A program made the position numbers and the translations under genes. Below, one piece after another: positions 40,725 through 56,601 of a stretch of DNA of 64,000 nt. The stretch spans positions 25,668,001 to 25,732,000 of the forward strand of contig OX597833.1 in assembly GCA_951406725.2 (NCBI GenBank), read 5' to 3'. The notes under the pieces are model-generated. The model made no database searches and was not told where the DNA came from. It saw only the letters and a program-made list of their open reading frames with translations. This DNA comes from Octopus vulgaris. Its lineage: Eukaryota. Positions within the stretch are counted from its first letter, which is position 1, and each line of letters opens with the position of its first letter.

Positions 40725-42049
40725 ATATCTGTTATGAAAACCTTTATAGCGGCGTCCTGTTTGTTTTACTCGGGCATGACATATCTAAGGTTCCACTGTC
40801 AATTGGCTCGTTTATTTTCTAAAACGGGAAGGTTTTGAAGATTTTGAAGTAGGTTTGGCTGCTATTTTCAGCAGGTCAAATTACCAAGCAAAGGCTTTTT
40901 CATAGTACTTTCTAAAGTAAGTACTAAGCAACAAATTCGAGGGGAAGAGAATGAGTCCAATGGACTAAATCAATCATAGTAGATTGAGTCTTTTTATTTT
41001 AATGTACCCTGTGAAGACCCTAAAGCGAAATCTATCGTGGTAGAATTTGAGGATATCAGAATGCAGAAAGGTCATAGAGAAAACCTTTTGACAAGCCTTG
41101 TATTAATACTATACAATTTTTACCACAGCAAATGCTTCCATGTTCCTATTAACAACAGCAAAAACACCATCATCAACAACAACAATGATGATGATGATGA
41201 TAACAGTAGCAAATGGAATATCATTGAAGTTCTTGATATTTCAAGATTGAATCTTTAACAAGTAGCAGATGTTAACTGAATAGCTGAGAAAATAATGAAA
41301 AACTAACAAACCAATTCAATTCGTGTTAGCTGAAATTTTACCATGTATAACTTAATTCATTTAAAACAACTCAAACACTCCAGAAAAAAACAAACAAAGC
41401 ATATCAGCATCACCACCACCACCACCACCACCACCACCACCACCATCATCATTATCAACATCACTATCATTAACTTTATAATAATTCTTATTATTGGTAG
41501 TGGTAGTGGTAGTGCTAGATTATATAAATATTAATAATAAATTATATCATATTTTGGGTTTATTTTTCACAAAATCTTTTATAATATTTATGTATTTATA
41601 TATTTAATTGTTTATTTATTTATTTCTTTATTTATTTATTTCACTTTCGAAATTGTTCGCGCATTTTTGAAATTCAAATGAAGACAATTGAAGGAAAGAA
41701 TGAATTTGATGCCACTGAAGGAACAAATTAACGAAACCAAAGATTAAGACACGAATGCCATGCGGAGCTACTAAAACGAAGATCAACACAACCACCACCA
41801 CCACCAGCAGCAACAACAATAATAACAACAATTACAAAAACAACGAAATCAACCGCAGTACCAAAATTAGAATAAAGCAATGGTGGAATGATAACAAGAG
41901 CAACAAAAACTTTCACTATTTGACATTTCCAATGTCAAGTTGATGTCGAATTGAACAGAAATACTTGGATTGGGTGGGTTTTGTACGAATTTTTGAGTTT
42001 TTGAGATCTGATTCAATGCGATCACTATTATTCTCATCATTATGGCGGT

Positions 42050-42123
42050 TATCATCATCATCATCATCATCATCCTCCTCATCATCATCATCATTCATCA
42101 CCATCATCATCATCATTCATCAC

Positions 42124-42199
<76 letters not shown>

Positions 42200-42450
42200 G
42201 TTATCATTATTATTATTGTTATTATTGCTATTGTTATTGTTATTGCTGTCGTCGTCACCATCATCATCATCATCATTATTATCACCATCCACCAACAATG
42301 CCAACTCTACTACCACGACCAGCATTATAGCAGCAGCAGCAGCTCAATCATCGAAATCCCTTGCTCGTCATCCTCTTCTTCTCTCCTCCATCTCCTTCTC
42401 CTCCACATCATCCCATTCATCATCATCATCATCGTGACCATCACCATCAC
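42050..42450. repeat. Compound (CAT)n/(TAT)n trinucleotide microsatellite
   Basis: Direct inspection. Confidence 0.9.
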
Positions 42451-42719
42451 CAACCGATAACAACCGTCGTCGTCGTTGTTATCGTCCTCATTGTCATCTT
42501 CATCGGTCTCACCCTCCTCTCTATCACCCCCATCCTAATCATCACAGTCATAAATGTTATTTTGGAACGATGTTATCCTTTACATCAATATAGTTGCCTT
42601 TATAATACCCAACCTCATCATCATTAGCGTTATCATTTTCAACCCCAGTATCACCCTTCAAACTGGGAGAAGTGTCAGTGTCTGACGAAATGCTTTGCAG
42701 TATTTATTACGGCTCTTAA

Positions 42720-43138
42720 GGCGGCGAGCTGGCAGAATCGTTAGCACGCCGGGCGAAATGCTTAGCCGTATTTCGTCTGCCGTTACGTTCTGAGTTCAAA
42801 TTTCGCCGAGGTCGACTTTGCCTTTCATCTTTTCGGGGTTGATAAATTTAGTACAAGTTACGTACTGGGGTTGCTGTAATCGACTTAATTCGTTTGTCTG
42901 TCCTTGTTTGTCCCCTCTATGTTTAGCTCCTTGTGGGTAATAAAGAAACAGGTATTTCGTCTGCCGCTACGTTCTGAATTCAAATTCCGCCGAGGTCGAC
43001 TTTGCCTTTCATCATTTTGGGGTCGATTAAATAATTACCAGTTATGCACAGGGGTCGATATAATCGACTTAATTCGTTTGTCTGTCCTTGTTTGTCCTCT
43101 GTGTTTAGACCCTTGTGGGTAGTAAAGAAATAGGTATT
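42720..43138 (+). mobile_element. SINE family A with tandemly duplicated body
   Basis: The block gtatttcgtctgccg...gtcgactttgcctttcatc...cttgtgggta..aaagaaa.aggt occurs twice. Confidence 0.85.
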
Positions 43139-44879
43139 TATAACGGCTCTTTGCAGTATGATTTCAGATCGCTTCGTGGTGATATTCAGCAACAGTACTT
43201 TAGTGGTAAACTTTATGTATCGTCCTTCTGCGGTTACTAATTATATGCGTGTCTAGGGTGGTCGGCTGGCAGACTCGGAGGAGCAGATTTTGTGCGGTTT
43301 TTATTCCGATTCTTAAGCTTCTCAGATCGAATCCCACCCTGAACTACACGAACGTAAACTTTATCTGTCGCTAGGTTCAATTCCATCATCATCTCCTATG
43401 AGAGAAGTGTTAAATCGAGTCCATTTTACTACAAGTATTCGACCCAGGTTATCTACATTCCTCCTACCCTACCACCGGTCTGGAAGGCCTGAAAGGGATC
43501 ATGAGCCCCGCAATTTCAAGTGACTAAGTAATGAAAAAGGAACCATGACCATCATAGTCATTGAAACAATTGATGTTAGGTTCATATATCTCTGACATCG
43601 ACAGATTTTCTCAGATTTTCAAGAACTCGGACCGATTTAATCGCCGGATTCTTTTCGCAAAATGTTGCCTTGTCCTGGTATCAGAAAACTTGGTTGTGCA
43701 TTCAGATTAAATAACTTTAAACGAAATTATTAAATGTTATGCAAAAGCGTTATCTCCCTTGACAGTTATCACCACACCTAAGATGTTTTATATCAGAAAT
43801 GCTCCTTAATGTGTACTTCACAAAGCATTGGAAAGAACGATCTCTGTATATTCCCGTTATTGTTTGTTTGCTATAGATATATCTGACAGATTTCAACAGA
43901 ACTTAGATAAGGTGAATGAATGCAGTAAGTCGCTCTAGTCGTGACCTTCCTCTCTTGTCTTGCTTATTCAGGCAGTCTGTATCTAAAACTATATTATCCA
44001 AATTATCATAAACAACTACATCAACAATCATAAGATGCAATGCGTAAATCTCTAGATGCTTGTGTAATGTGCGAGAGATTTCAACTACATTTCTTTCATG
44101 TCATACCTTGTCTTAATGCGGAGAAAAAATGAGATAATATAGTTCTAGATACGCTATTCATCAATCAAAGGACTAGATAATCACATCTGGGATGCTTTGT
44201 TCACAGCTTTGTCGAATCTGCGCCCAAACAGGAGGGAAATGAAAAATGAAATTATCAGTAACAAAGTCATGGATGAGTGCCAGCGGATACTTAGATACTT
44301 CTAGATATAGAACGTCTGAAATGAAAATGGGATGGTTAATGCTTGGACATTACTCTTGGGTTAATCTAGGTATTAAGGCAATAATAACAACTACAAGCCA
44401 GAATTGCGGTGCACTCATGTAACCTGGCTAACCAATTCTATTTTTCACAAGTTTGCCTCAAATTTAAGTAGGTTTCAGTCTTCCTGTAATTCAAAACAAG
44501 AAAGAGAAGAACCCATTAGACAATGTAGTCTTAGACAGTCCATGTTTAAAATATACACGAAAAAAGTGTCTGTCTTACAGAGAAGAGATTCTGTGGATTT
44601 TCAAAGGATACTAAGCTCTTAGCTTTATTTGTAACCTTCTCGCTGAGGCAGGACATTGTTCTCATCCTGGCAGTGAGTTTCTTTTACAAATTACAATCTG
44701 TATAGGGAAAGGCTCAAGACATCTTCATAAAGTTTCCTCAAGGCGACCATTCACACTTCCAATTCCGACATTTAAATCTGCATACGTGCTTTTTTTTTAT
44801 TTTGGTTATTTGAGGTGCATTGTGATTTTTGTGATGGGTAGTGATTGTTGTGGTTGTAGTGCTGAGAGATAACAAATTC

Positions 44880-45290
44880 TAGCACAGAGTAAGTAATTTT
44901 GGGAAGAAGCTAAGTCGATTACATCGATTCCAGAGTTAAATTGGTACGTCCTTTTTTTATCCCAAGGGTCTGAAAGGCAAATCGACAAAGGCACAACTTG
45001 AAATCAGGACGTAAAGACGAAATGCTGTCAAGTATTTTTCCCTGTGTGCTAACCATTCTACCAGCTGAGGGATGATATTGGTTTCAAATTTTGGCACGAA
45101 GTCAGCAAATTTGGGGCAGTGTAACTCGATTACTTCGGCCCCAGCAATCAACTGCTTCGTATTTTATCAAGCCCGAAGGGATGGAAGGCAAACTCGACTT
45201 CGTCAGAACTTGAACTCAGAACGTAAAAATGGACGAAATACTGCTATGCATTTTGGCTGGTGTGCTAACGTTTCTGCCAACTCGCCGCAT
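44880..45290 (-). mobile_element. Two diverged SINE family A copies
   Basis: gaaaggcaaatcgac.../gatggaaggcaaactcgac...gctaacgtttctgccaactcgccgc. Confidence 0.65.
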
Positions 45291-45412
45291 TGCTGAGGAG
45301 TATTAATATTTAGATATTCTAGTAATAAGCATGATCAGTTCAGTCCATTTCAGACCAGCTTACACCTGTTCACCCTTGTTCACACCAACACTAACAGAGT
45401 TAAGAAAACTCA

Positions 45413-45585
45413 GCAAGAGCGGCTGTGTGGTAGTAGCTTGCTTACCAACCACATGGTTCCGGGTTCAGTCCCACTGTGTGACACCTTGGGCAAGTGTCTT
45501 CTACTATAGCCTCGAGCCGACCAAAGCCATGTGAGTATATTTGGTAGACGGAAACTGAAAGAAGCCCGTCGTATATATATATGTA

Positions 45586-45631
<46 letters not shown>

Positions 45632-45845
45632 TGTGTGTGTGCGTGTATTTTTTTTGTGTGTCTGTGTTTGTCCCTCCCCAACATCGCTTGACAACCGATG
45701 CTGGTGTGTCTACGTCCCCGTAACTTAGCGGTTCAGCAAAAGAGACCGATAGAATAAGTACTAGGCTTACAAAGAATAAGTCCTGGGGTCGATTTGCAGC
45801 ATGGACGCAGTTAAATGACTGAAACAAGTAAAAGAGGAAAAAGAG
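45413..45845 (+). mobile_element. SINE family B
   Basis: ggctgtgtggtagtagcttgcttaccaaccacatggttccgggttcagtccc...gactgaaacaagtaaaagag. Confidence 0.85.
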
Positions 45846-46374
45846 ATATCAAGCTTAACCTGTTCCATGAAAACCAGATAAACAAAGCTTACCTCATATG
45901 AGCTCAACACTGTCATTAACGATAATGTTAATTCCATATTGCTTCGGTCGGCTGGTACAATAGATTGGACGTCGGAAAAGTCCTTACAGTATTTGTTTTT
46001 TTTTTTTTTTTACGTTCTGAGTTCAAATCCTCCCATGGTAAATTTTGTCTTTCAGCCTTTCAGGGTCGATATAATGCGTGCTAGTCAAATATTGGGGTCA
46101 ATGTTATTGACTAATCCTCATTTCCAAAAAATTCTTGGCTTTACCCTATATCGAGAAGAATTATTAAATTTAAATATATTGGTTTCAAATTTTGGCACAA
46201 GGCCAGCAATTTCGGGAAGGTACATTTTGATTACATTCACTCCATTGATGAACTGGTACTTATTCTATCGACCTCGAATGAATAAAAATATAGTCGACCC
46301 CGATGGTGTTTGCATAAACACGGGTGTAATGCCGCTAAATATTTTGCTCGGCATGCTAACGTTTCTTATTTCAT

Positions 46375-46595
46375 TAGTGCCCACAAGGGGCTAAACACAG
46401 ACAGGACAAACAAGGATAGACAAACGGTTTAAGTCGATTATATCGACCCCAGTGCGTAACTGCTACTTAATTTATCGACCCCGAAAGGATGAAAGGCAAA
46501 GTCGACCTCGGTGGAATTTGAATTCAAAACGTAACGGCAGACGAAATACGGCTACGCATTTCGCTCGGCGTGCTAACGTTTCTGCCAGCTCGTCT
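46375..46595 (-). mobile_element. SINE family A
   Basis: cccacaaggggctaaacacag...gaaaggatgaaaggcaaagtcgacctcgg...ctgccagctcg. Confidence 0.8.
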
Positions 46596-47030
46596 CCATT
46601 TCATTTACTGGTAAACAATCAGAGAATCCTGCTGAAAATCGGAAATAATCCCTTGAAAAGAAATAAAACGAACTTATTTACCGCATCTAATTATTTTCTT
46701 TGGCTGCGCTTTTTGCTTCGTTGTTTTTTTTCATCCCATAGTCTACTTGTGGTATACGTTTTTTATATATATTCTCCTTTCTTATTTATCTCATTATCTT
46801 CGTATTTTTTTCACCCAATCTTTCAGTTCGACCATATTTTCTCTCTATTTATTAGGTTTTACCATTCTCCTATTATATGCTTCATCGCATTCATTTAACA
46901 CCTTATATTTTGGTTTTCTTTGTTTCTCAATACATTTCCCCCCCAGACTCTGTATCTGTTTCTCTCTCAGTCACTCCTCACTCACTCCTATAATGTATGT
47001 GTGTGTGTGTGTGGTATACGTAATTATATG

Positions 47031-47157
<127 letters not shown>

Positions 47158-49544
47158 ATATGTATATATATAAATACGTACATACATACATGCACATACA
47201 TATATATACACATACATACATGCATGTGTGTGTTTGTGTACGTATAGATGTATATTTCACATTCTAATTTTAGTTTCCCGAAGTCCCTGTATAAGTGGCT
47301 GGTGTGTGTATATGTATCTGTGTGCTTGTTTTGTGTATGTGTGCCTGAGAGTGTATCTGTGTGAGAGAGAGTGTGTGTGCACGTGAGTGTGTGCGTGAGT
47401 ATGTGTGCCTGTGTGCATGTGTGCGCGTGTGTGTGTGTGAGATATAAAGAGACTGAGAGAGAGAGAGTATTTTTTTATATAAATTCTATTTTCTGCTTTC
47501 TTCTGCTCTCACATTTTCTGAATAACAATTTGGTTTTTCTTCTGTTTTATTTTGTTTAACAGTGAAATATATTTTTTTCATCCGATCCATCATCACATTC
47601 CATTATTCAATAAGTTATTTTGGTATTTTTCAATAATTCAATTAGGTCTTATATTGCAGTCCCAGTATTCTCTACACGTGTATGTATGTATGTATGTATG
47701 TATGTATGTATGTATGTATGTATGTATGTATGTATGTATGTATGTGTGTGTATGTATGTATGTATGTATGTATGTATGTATGTATATAGGAGTGATGTTA
47801 CATGCGGAAATTTGTGCGTGAGCACTGTGTGAGGGGAGTGTGAGTGTTTAAGTGTACGTCTATGAGTGCAAATGTTTCTAAGCTAGTGTGTATGTGTGCT
47901 TCTCTTCTTTTCAATCCCAGTAGTTTACAACCAGAATACGAGGCTAAATAAAGACAAAAGAAGTGAGCCTTTATGTGGTCGCTCAACATGCTAGAAATAA
48001 TAACCAAATTTCAGTTAAATCACACCGTAGAAAGGGAAGTGTATTTGTCATTCAGTAAACTATGTGCTAGTGCTTGTACACAGCTGCATACAGGGCAAAC
48101 ATAAAGTGTTTGCTCATTAGTATTGGGATGATAGTGCATATAAATAGTGCATTTTTATTCTCCATCATTTACTTGTTTCAGTCATTAGATTACGGTCTTG
48201 ATGAATTTTTAGTCGAATGAATTGACCCCTGGGCTTATTTTTTTCTTATTTTTCTTTAATTCAATGTACTTATTCTATCGGTTTCTTTCCAAAACCGCTA
48301 CGTTGGGGGGATGTAAACACACCAACACCAGTTGTCAGTCACTGAAACAATGACATACATACACGCATTTATACACACACATACATATACTCCCACATAC
48401 ACACATACACAAACACTCATATATATATATATATGACGGGTTTCTTTGAGTTACTTTTTTAGTTTTTGTTTAGTAAATCCATTCTCGAGCCTTTGGTAGG
48501 CCCGAACCTATAGTAGAAGACACTTGGGCCAAGCATATTACGCCCCAGCCAGGACTGTTCCTGTATGTGTATGCCACTTGTGTTTGCTACTCTCTTTTTT
48601 CTCCTCCAACAACTAGACTTTGGATAAATGAAAAGTGAAGCAGTGGGGATAAATGTTCTGATGGTACACAGCCTCCCTACCAGCAAGACTTTTGCTGAAT
48701 CACCTCTTTGCATGCATGGTTACTGTGAACCTCTCCATTCTGAGCTAAAGCATAGGGGATCTTGGAGCTGAAATGGACCGAAGAGGAAGACAGACAGAGT
48801 TCACCGGTGCGTGGACACTCGTTGGTGACACTCAGTCACTGTCCTAGCTAAGAGTTTGTAACAAGTCTAAAAGGGCTTCATCTGTAATTGGTAACTCATC
48901 TAGGAGCAAAAAGCACTCTGAAAACAGCATTAGCAATGAGAGCAATAAGAACATAAAGATTAAACGATCAAACTAGGAGCATCTGTACAAGAGGGGCAAA
49001 ACTTCATTCGATCAAAGGCGAATTCCATGTGCTTAAGAACCTGTGTGGAGCATCTGTACTGAGGATAACACTGAATCTTTAATTGCAAAATGCTGGAAAT
49101 ACCTTGTTCACTGGTTAGTATTTCTCAATATTTCCTTCGTGTGGCCTTTCGACTCATATCTCAATCAAATCACAGTTTATCCTCAAAAATGATAAAGAGT
49201 ACATTAGAAAATTAAATTCTATGTCATTGTTTTTTGGGGTTTTTTTGTAGGAATGGTGCAGAGGGGATAGAAATTGGCGCACTCAAAGTGCCAGATTTAA
49301 CAAACTATGTTGCCTTTCGCCCTTTTTGACTTGTGAAGCATCCTGGTGAAGGAAGAATAATTATATGGATATAAAATCTCTTTTCCCATCTCATTAGCAA
49401 AGACTGGGGAGCGATGCCAGAACATATATCATTCCTATTTTATAAAGACATGCCTTATTAAAAATTTTTTCCTGTAAAAGAAATCGCAAAGGACGTGGTT
49501 GGAATGCCTCTGATCATAGGATTGTTCAATGAGGCCCTTTTCTT

Positions 49545-49900
49545 TTTTAAGAGACTTCATCAAACATCTTTTTTCATTCGTTAATATAGAGTTCGCCCTC
49601 GGAAAGAAGTTTCCATTTAACGCCGCTGTTAATGTTTTCGTCTTTAAGTTTCCAGATTAATGCTGAGAGGGTTTTTGCGTGCCTCTTCTCACTGTGCCTA
49701 AAGGTGTGCAGGAGCATCTGTATCTATTTGTGTGTTCATGTGAAAATTTGTCTCTGTGTATGTATCTGTATAGGAATGCTTGAAGTTGCTAATTATAACA
49801 TGTAACCGAGCTTGTTTAGTGAATAAGATTTTCTCGGTAATCTAGAAACTTAAAGACGAGAACATTAATTACGACATCAAATCCTATATTAGCGGAAATG
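49545..49900. mobile_element. Two small divergently oriented Penelope GIY-YIG fragments
   Basis: Minus strand about 49580-49713 reads LHTFRHSEKRHAKTLSALIWKLKDENINSGVKWKLL. Plus strand about 49835-49885 reads SVI*KLKDENINYDIK. Both resemble PLE H..SFRH....T.LS..IW.LKD...I.W.I. Confidence 0.55.
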
Positions 49901-50313
49901 GTAAGGTTCACTGTTCAAAAGGTGTTCAATATACTCACTCGAGAATCTGTACTCTCAAAAGAACTTAAGAACTTCCAATGACTTTGAAGACTCCAGAAAC
50001 GAGATTTTTTCTTTATATCCGTCTTTAAAGAAAATACATCTTAGCAGAAATTACAGCTCGACCGTAGGACACATCTTAAGTCGTTCGCATCTAGTTGACA
50101 CCAGATTTGCATAATGTTTGGTGTAACGGTGTTTTTTTTTCTCTGCGTTTACTTCTGTCCTTTTCTATATGAGCGTTCTCATTCAAACGTCAAAAGCTTC
50201 GAACGCAGGTGACAAATCGTCTTGTTGTTTTATCAGCTTGAAAATGGGCGAAATAAATTAAATGCTTCGACCTGAAAACCCTGAGTAGGTGTATTTCATA
50301 AAACTTGTGGTTT

Positions 50314-50327
50314 GAATAATAATAATG

Positions 50328-50410
<83 letters not shown>

Positions 50411-50455
50411 AACAACAATAATAATAATAATAATAATAATAACAACAATAATAAC

Positions 50456-50517
<62 letters not shown>

Positions 50518-50715
50518 CAACAACAGCATCATCATCATCATCAGCAACAACACCAACAATAATAATGATAATAAATGCCCTGATGCAGTACCAGAGAGTG
50601 GCTCTCATGTCTTTTGATCTTAACTTATTGGAAGTGTTATCATGTTCATTGTTTTGTCTTGGTATAACAGATGGGCTACAGTGTCACTTTGATGGCATGC
50701 ACTGTTCTCTCACTC

Positions 50716-50779
<64 letters not shown>

Positions 50780-50806
50780 GCAACAACAACAACAACAACA
50801 ATAATG

Positions 50807-50840
<34 letters not shown>

Positions 50841-50859
50841 TAACAACAACAACAACAAC

Positions 50860-50893
<34 letters not shown>

Positions 50894-50917
50894 GTAATAA
50901 TAATAATAATAATAATA
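50314..50917. repeat. (AAT/AAC)n microsatellite tracts flanking and hosting TAA-targeted elements
   Basis: Direct inspection. Confidence 0.95.
50572..50715 (+). mobile_element. Internally deleted copy of the 13380-13917 (AAT)n-targeted non-autonomous element
   Basis: aaatgccctgatgcagtacc...gatgggctacag joined to tgtcactttgatggcatgcactg matches both ends of the reverse complement of 13380-13917. Confidence 0.75.
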
Positions 50918-53900
50918 AGGACACTAATAGCTCATGGTAGACCAAAAGAAAACAGCAACAATGTAGACGAAATAGGTAATAGTAGCACAGAAGCCAGTGT
51001 ACAAGCGGCAAATCAACTTCCCAATGGGGAAGTTAAACAAAGAATAGCGAAGACGAGAGATTTGAAAAAGAGGAGAACGTAGACCTTCCTCAAGAAAACC
51101 AAAATAGATATGACATAGAATTTGAGGTGAATAATAGAGAAAAGATTATGGAAGCAAAAGTGGACATTATGAGAGAACTCGGCAAGATTGAGCTCACTGA
51201 CATGGTTAATAGAGAACCACTACCAAAGTTTTCAAATGGCACAAGAAATAACAACACAATCATGACATATAACGTTGCCCTAGGACAGATCTTAAGAAAT
51301 AAGGGGAATGATTTGACAACCTTAAATAATCTCATTTATTCCACTGCTAAAGTAGTAACTACCCAACTAGGTATTAAGATGACAAAGAAAAAGGCCAGGC
51401 ATGTCAATGAACCTCCTAAGTGGAAAGTAGCGATACAAAAAGAGATTGAATCTCTGCGGGCGGATGTTTCAGTTCTCGATGAGCTTGCTAGAGGAGTGAA
51501 TATTAAGCCGAGAAAAGCTAGAAAAATGAAGCAAAAATATAAAATCAAAGATCTCATAAACCTCCCTGCAACTAAGGAACTGTTGAAACAACGGATACAG
51601 TTGAAAGCTCAACGGCTTAGAAGGTATGACAAAAGAAACAAATTTTATCGACAAAATAAATTTTTTAAGACGGATGCAAAGAAATTTTATAGGGAAATTG
51701 GCAAAAATAAAATACACATAGAAGATCCACCTAAGATTGAGGAAGTGGAGGAGTTCTGGAAGAAGGTATGGAGCAACGAAAAAGAGTTTAATGCTGAGGC
51801 TGACTGGATAGAACGTGAGAAAGAGAGACTGGATGAACTTGAAGAACAGAAATGGGAAGCAATAGGAATAGAGGAGCTAAGGTGTGTCCTTAGGAAGGCT
51901 CATAAATGGAAAACCCCAGGACTGGATCGGATCCCTAACTTCTGGCTGAATTGTTTGACAGAGGTACACGAACATCTCGCTGCATCTCTGTCTGATGTCA
52001 TTCAGAACCCAGAGCAAATACCTGCTTGGCTGACTGAAGGAACCACCTACCTATTACCTAAAACCGAAGACACAAAAAACCCAAAGAATTACCGGCCAAT
52101 AACATGTCTCAACACCACCTACAAAATCCTCACATCCATAATAACGGAGAGAATGTACGCTTTCCTTGAACAAAATTCTATCCTTCCACAAGCTCAAAAA
52201 GGTTGTAAAAGAAACTCTTATGGGTGCAAAGACCAATTGCTCATAAACAGAATGATTGTAGAGAATTGCCGGAGCAAAAACAAAAACCTGAGTATGGCAT
52301 GGATAGACTACAGGAAAGCGTATGACAGTGTCCCACATAAATGGATACTCAAGGCCCTTGAGATATACAAGATCTCCCCTGTCGTCTCAAAATTCTTAGA
52401 GAATAGCATGACCATGTGGAACACACGTCTCTTTCTAAGCCATAGTAATGGGATGAGCCAGTCCAACAGCATCAACATCAAACGAGGCATCTTTCAAGGT
52501 GACTCCCTCTCTCCATTACTTTTTTGCATGGCACTGATCCCACTCTCAAACAAATTGGATAGTGCCAGATATGGGTACAAAGTTTTTAGCAAGTTAATAA
52601 ACCACCTTTTTTATATGGACGATCTAAAGCTGTTTGCCAAGAATGACCAAGAGCTAGAAGGGCTGCTAACAACTGTTAAAGAGTTTAGCAATGATATCGG
52701 AATGGATTTTGGCCTTGATAAGTGTGCTAAAGCAACTTTTGTAAGAGGCAAGCTCAGGCAAACAGCTTCTGTTAAATTAGATATTGACACTACCATCAAG
52801 GAACTTGACCCACAAGAAAGCTACAAATACCTAGGAATCAACGAAGGAGATGGTATACATCATGCTACTATGAAGGAAAAAATAAGAAAGGAGTACTATA
52901 GGAGAATAAGGCTTGTACTGAAGACTGAACTCAACTCCAAAAATTGCATTGAGGCCATTAACACCCTGGCACTTCCAGTAGTCCAGTACAGTTTTAACAT
53001 CATTAACTGGAACCTTACGGAACTCCAACGCTTGGACAGGAAGACAAGAAAGTTACTGACATCCAGGAGCATGCACCACCCTAAGGCAGATGTAGACCGC
53101 TTGTACCTACCTAGAAGCAGCGGGGGGAGAGGAATGATGCAATTGGAGCTGTGCTATAAGACCTCTACTGTAGGAATGAACAGGTACCTATCTAGTACAA
53201 ACGACTGGATGCTGCGACTTGTGTGTGAACACGAAAGCAGCAAAAAGCTGCATTCTATTGTCAAGGAAGCTTATAAGTTCGAAAGGGAACTAGGCATTAA
53301 CCTTGAATCAGGTGAAGAGCCAGAAACCACTGCTACCAAGCAAGCAAAGCGAATCAGGCAGACTGCAAAAAAGAATGGGCAGAATCAAATTGAGAGGCGG
53401 TGGAGCCAGAAGCCCCTGCATGGACAATACATTCTCCGAAGCCAAAATGCTGATGTAGACCAAGCAACAACCCATCAGTGGCTGAAGAGTTCTGGATTGA
53501 AAGCAGAGACTGAAGGCTTCATAATGGCAGCACAAGATCAAAGCTTGTTTACCAGAAATTACCAGGCTAACGTTCTCCGAAACGGTACTGACCCTAAATG
53601 CAGATTCTGTGACACATTTGACGAAACAATAGACCATCTCGTTTCGGGATGTCCTGTGCTGACACCAAACGAATACAAAAATCGCCACGATAGGGTAGGA
53701 CAGTATATACATTGGAAGATATGTAAACACTACAAATCCGACACTCCTGCTAACTGGTATGAACACCATCCTCAGCCAGTTGTTGAAGGTAAAGATGTCA
53801 CCATCCTCTGGGATTTTCCAGTCAACACTGACAGAACGATCAAGGCTAATCGACCAGACATAATTGTTAAAGACAGGGAAGAAAATACCTGCAGACTAAT

Positions 53901-54319
53901 AGAAGTAAGCGTCCCCACTGATAAAAATGTATCTGTCAAGGAATTTGACAAACTTAGTAAATATAAGGACCTGGAAATCGAAATACAGAGGATGTGGAAT
54001 CTTAAAACAAAAACTGTTCCTGTTATTGTAGGTGCCCTAGGTATGATAAAAAAGGGATGTCAGAAACACCTAGACAATATCCCTGGAAAACCATGTCTCA
54101 AGGAAATCCAAAAGATTGTGCTAACAAGTACTGCCCACATCCTTAGAAAAACCCTATCAATGTAAATATTTGTGTTTGTATTACATGGAGATATTTCTCT
54201 ACTTCCCCTCCCCAAGCTTTCAGCTATATTTCAACAACTCTTAACCTTCACTTGCCCTAGGGCGCTGGGTGTGCCCCGGCAGGTGATTGCATCAAACATG
54301 CAGATTAAAAGTAAATGAC
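50918..54319 (+). mobile_element. R4/Dong-clade site-specific non-LTR retrotransposon, probably 5'-truncated, inserted in (AAT)n
   Basis: Single long ORF with RT and C-terminal RLE, a ~155-nt 3' UTR ending directly in (AAT)n, and a 5' junction at (AAT)n. Confidence 0.9.
51127..54165 (+). CDS. Non-LTR retrotransposon polyprotein: reverse transcriptase, CCHC zinc knuckle, restriction-like endonuclease (R4/Dong type)
   Basis: Motifs YRPITCLNTTYKILT, AWIDYRKAYDSVPH, GIFQGDSLSPLLF, HLFYMDDLKL, YKYLG, CRFC...ETIDHLVSGC, RHD and RPDIIV..D...LIEVSVP...K..KY. The frame is open from 51037, so the true start is uncertain and there is a likely upstream frameshift. Confidence 0.93.
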   Translation: MNNREKIMEAKVDIMRELGKIELTDMVNREPLPKFSNGTRNNNTIMTYNVALGQILRNKGNDLTTLNNLIYSTAKVVTTQLGIKMTKKKARHVNEPPKWKVAIQKEIESLRADVSVLDELARGVNIKPRKARKMKQKYKIKDLINLPATKELLKQRIQLKAQRLRRYDKRNKFYRQNKFFKTDAKKFYREIGKNKIHIEDPPKIEEVEEFWKKVWSNEKEFNAEADWIEREKERLDELEEQKWEAIGIEELRCVLRKAHKWKTPGLDRIPNFWLNCLTEVHEHLAASLSDVIQNPEQIPAWLTEGTTYLLPKTEDTKNPKNYRPITCLNTTYKILTSIITERMYAFLEQNSILPQAQKGCKRNSYGCKDQLLINRMIVENCRSKNKNLSMAWIDYRKAYDSVPHKWILKALEIYKISPVVSKFLENSMTMWNTRLFLSHSNGMSQSNSINIKRGIFQGDSLSPLLFCMALIPLSNKLDSARYGYKVFSKLINHLFYMDDLKLFAKNDQELEGLLTTVKEFSNDIGMDFGLDKCAKATFVRGKLRQTASVKLDIDTTIKELDPQESYKYLGINEGDGIHHATMKEKIRKEYYRRIRLVLKTELNSKNCIEAINTLALPVVQYSFNIINWNLTELQRLDRKTRKLLTSRSMHHPKADVDRLYLPRSSGGRGMMQLELCYKTSTVGMNRYLSSTNDWMLRLVCEHESSKKLHSIVKEAYKFERELGINLESGEEPETTATKQAKRIRQTAKKNGQNQIERRWSQKPLHGQYILRSQNADVDQATTHQWLKSSGLKAETEGFIMAAQDQSLFTRNYQANVLRNGTDPKCRFCDTFDETIDHLVSGCPVLTPNEYKNRHDRVGQYIHWKICKHYKSDTPANWYEHHPQPVVEGKDVTILWDFPVNTDRTIKANRPDIIVKDREENTCRLIEVSVPTDKNVSVKEFDKLSKYKDLEIEIQRMWNLKTKTVPVIVGALGMIKKGCQKHLDNIPGKPCLKEIQKIVLTSTAHILRKTLSM

Positions 54320-54342
54320 AATAATAATAATAATAATAATAA

Positions 54343-56601
<2,259 letters not shown>

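Noticed and set aside
43400-44800. Possible very old CR1/L2 LINE fragment on the minus strand (KAVNKASQM-like peptide)
   Set aside because: A single weak motif is not enough support.
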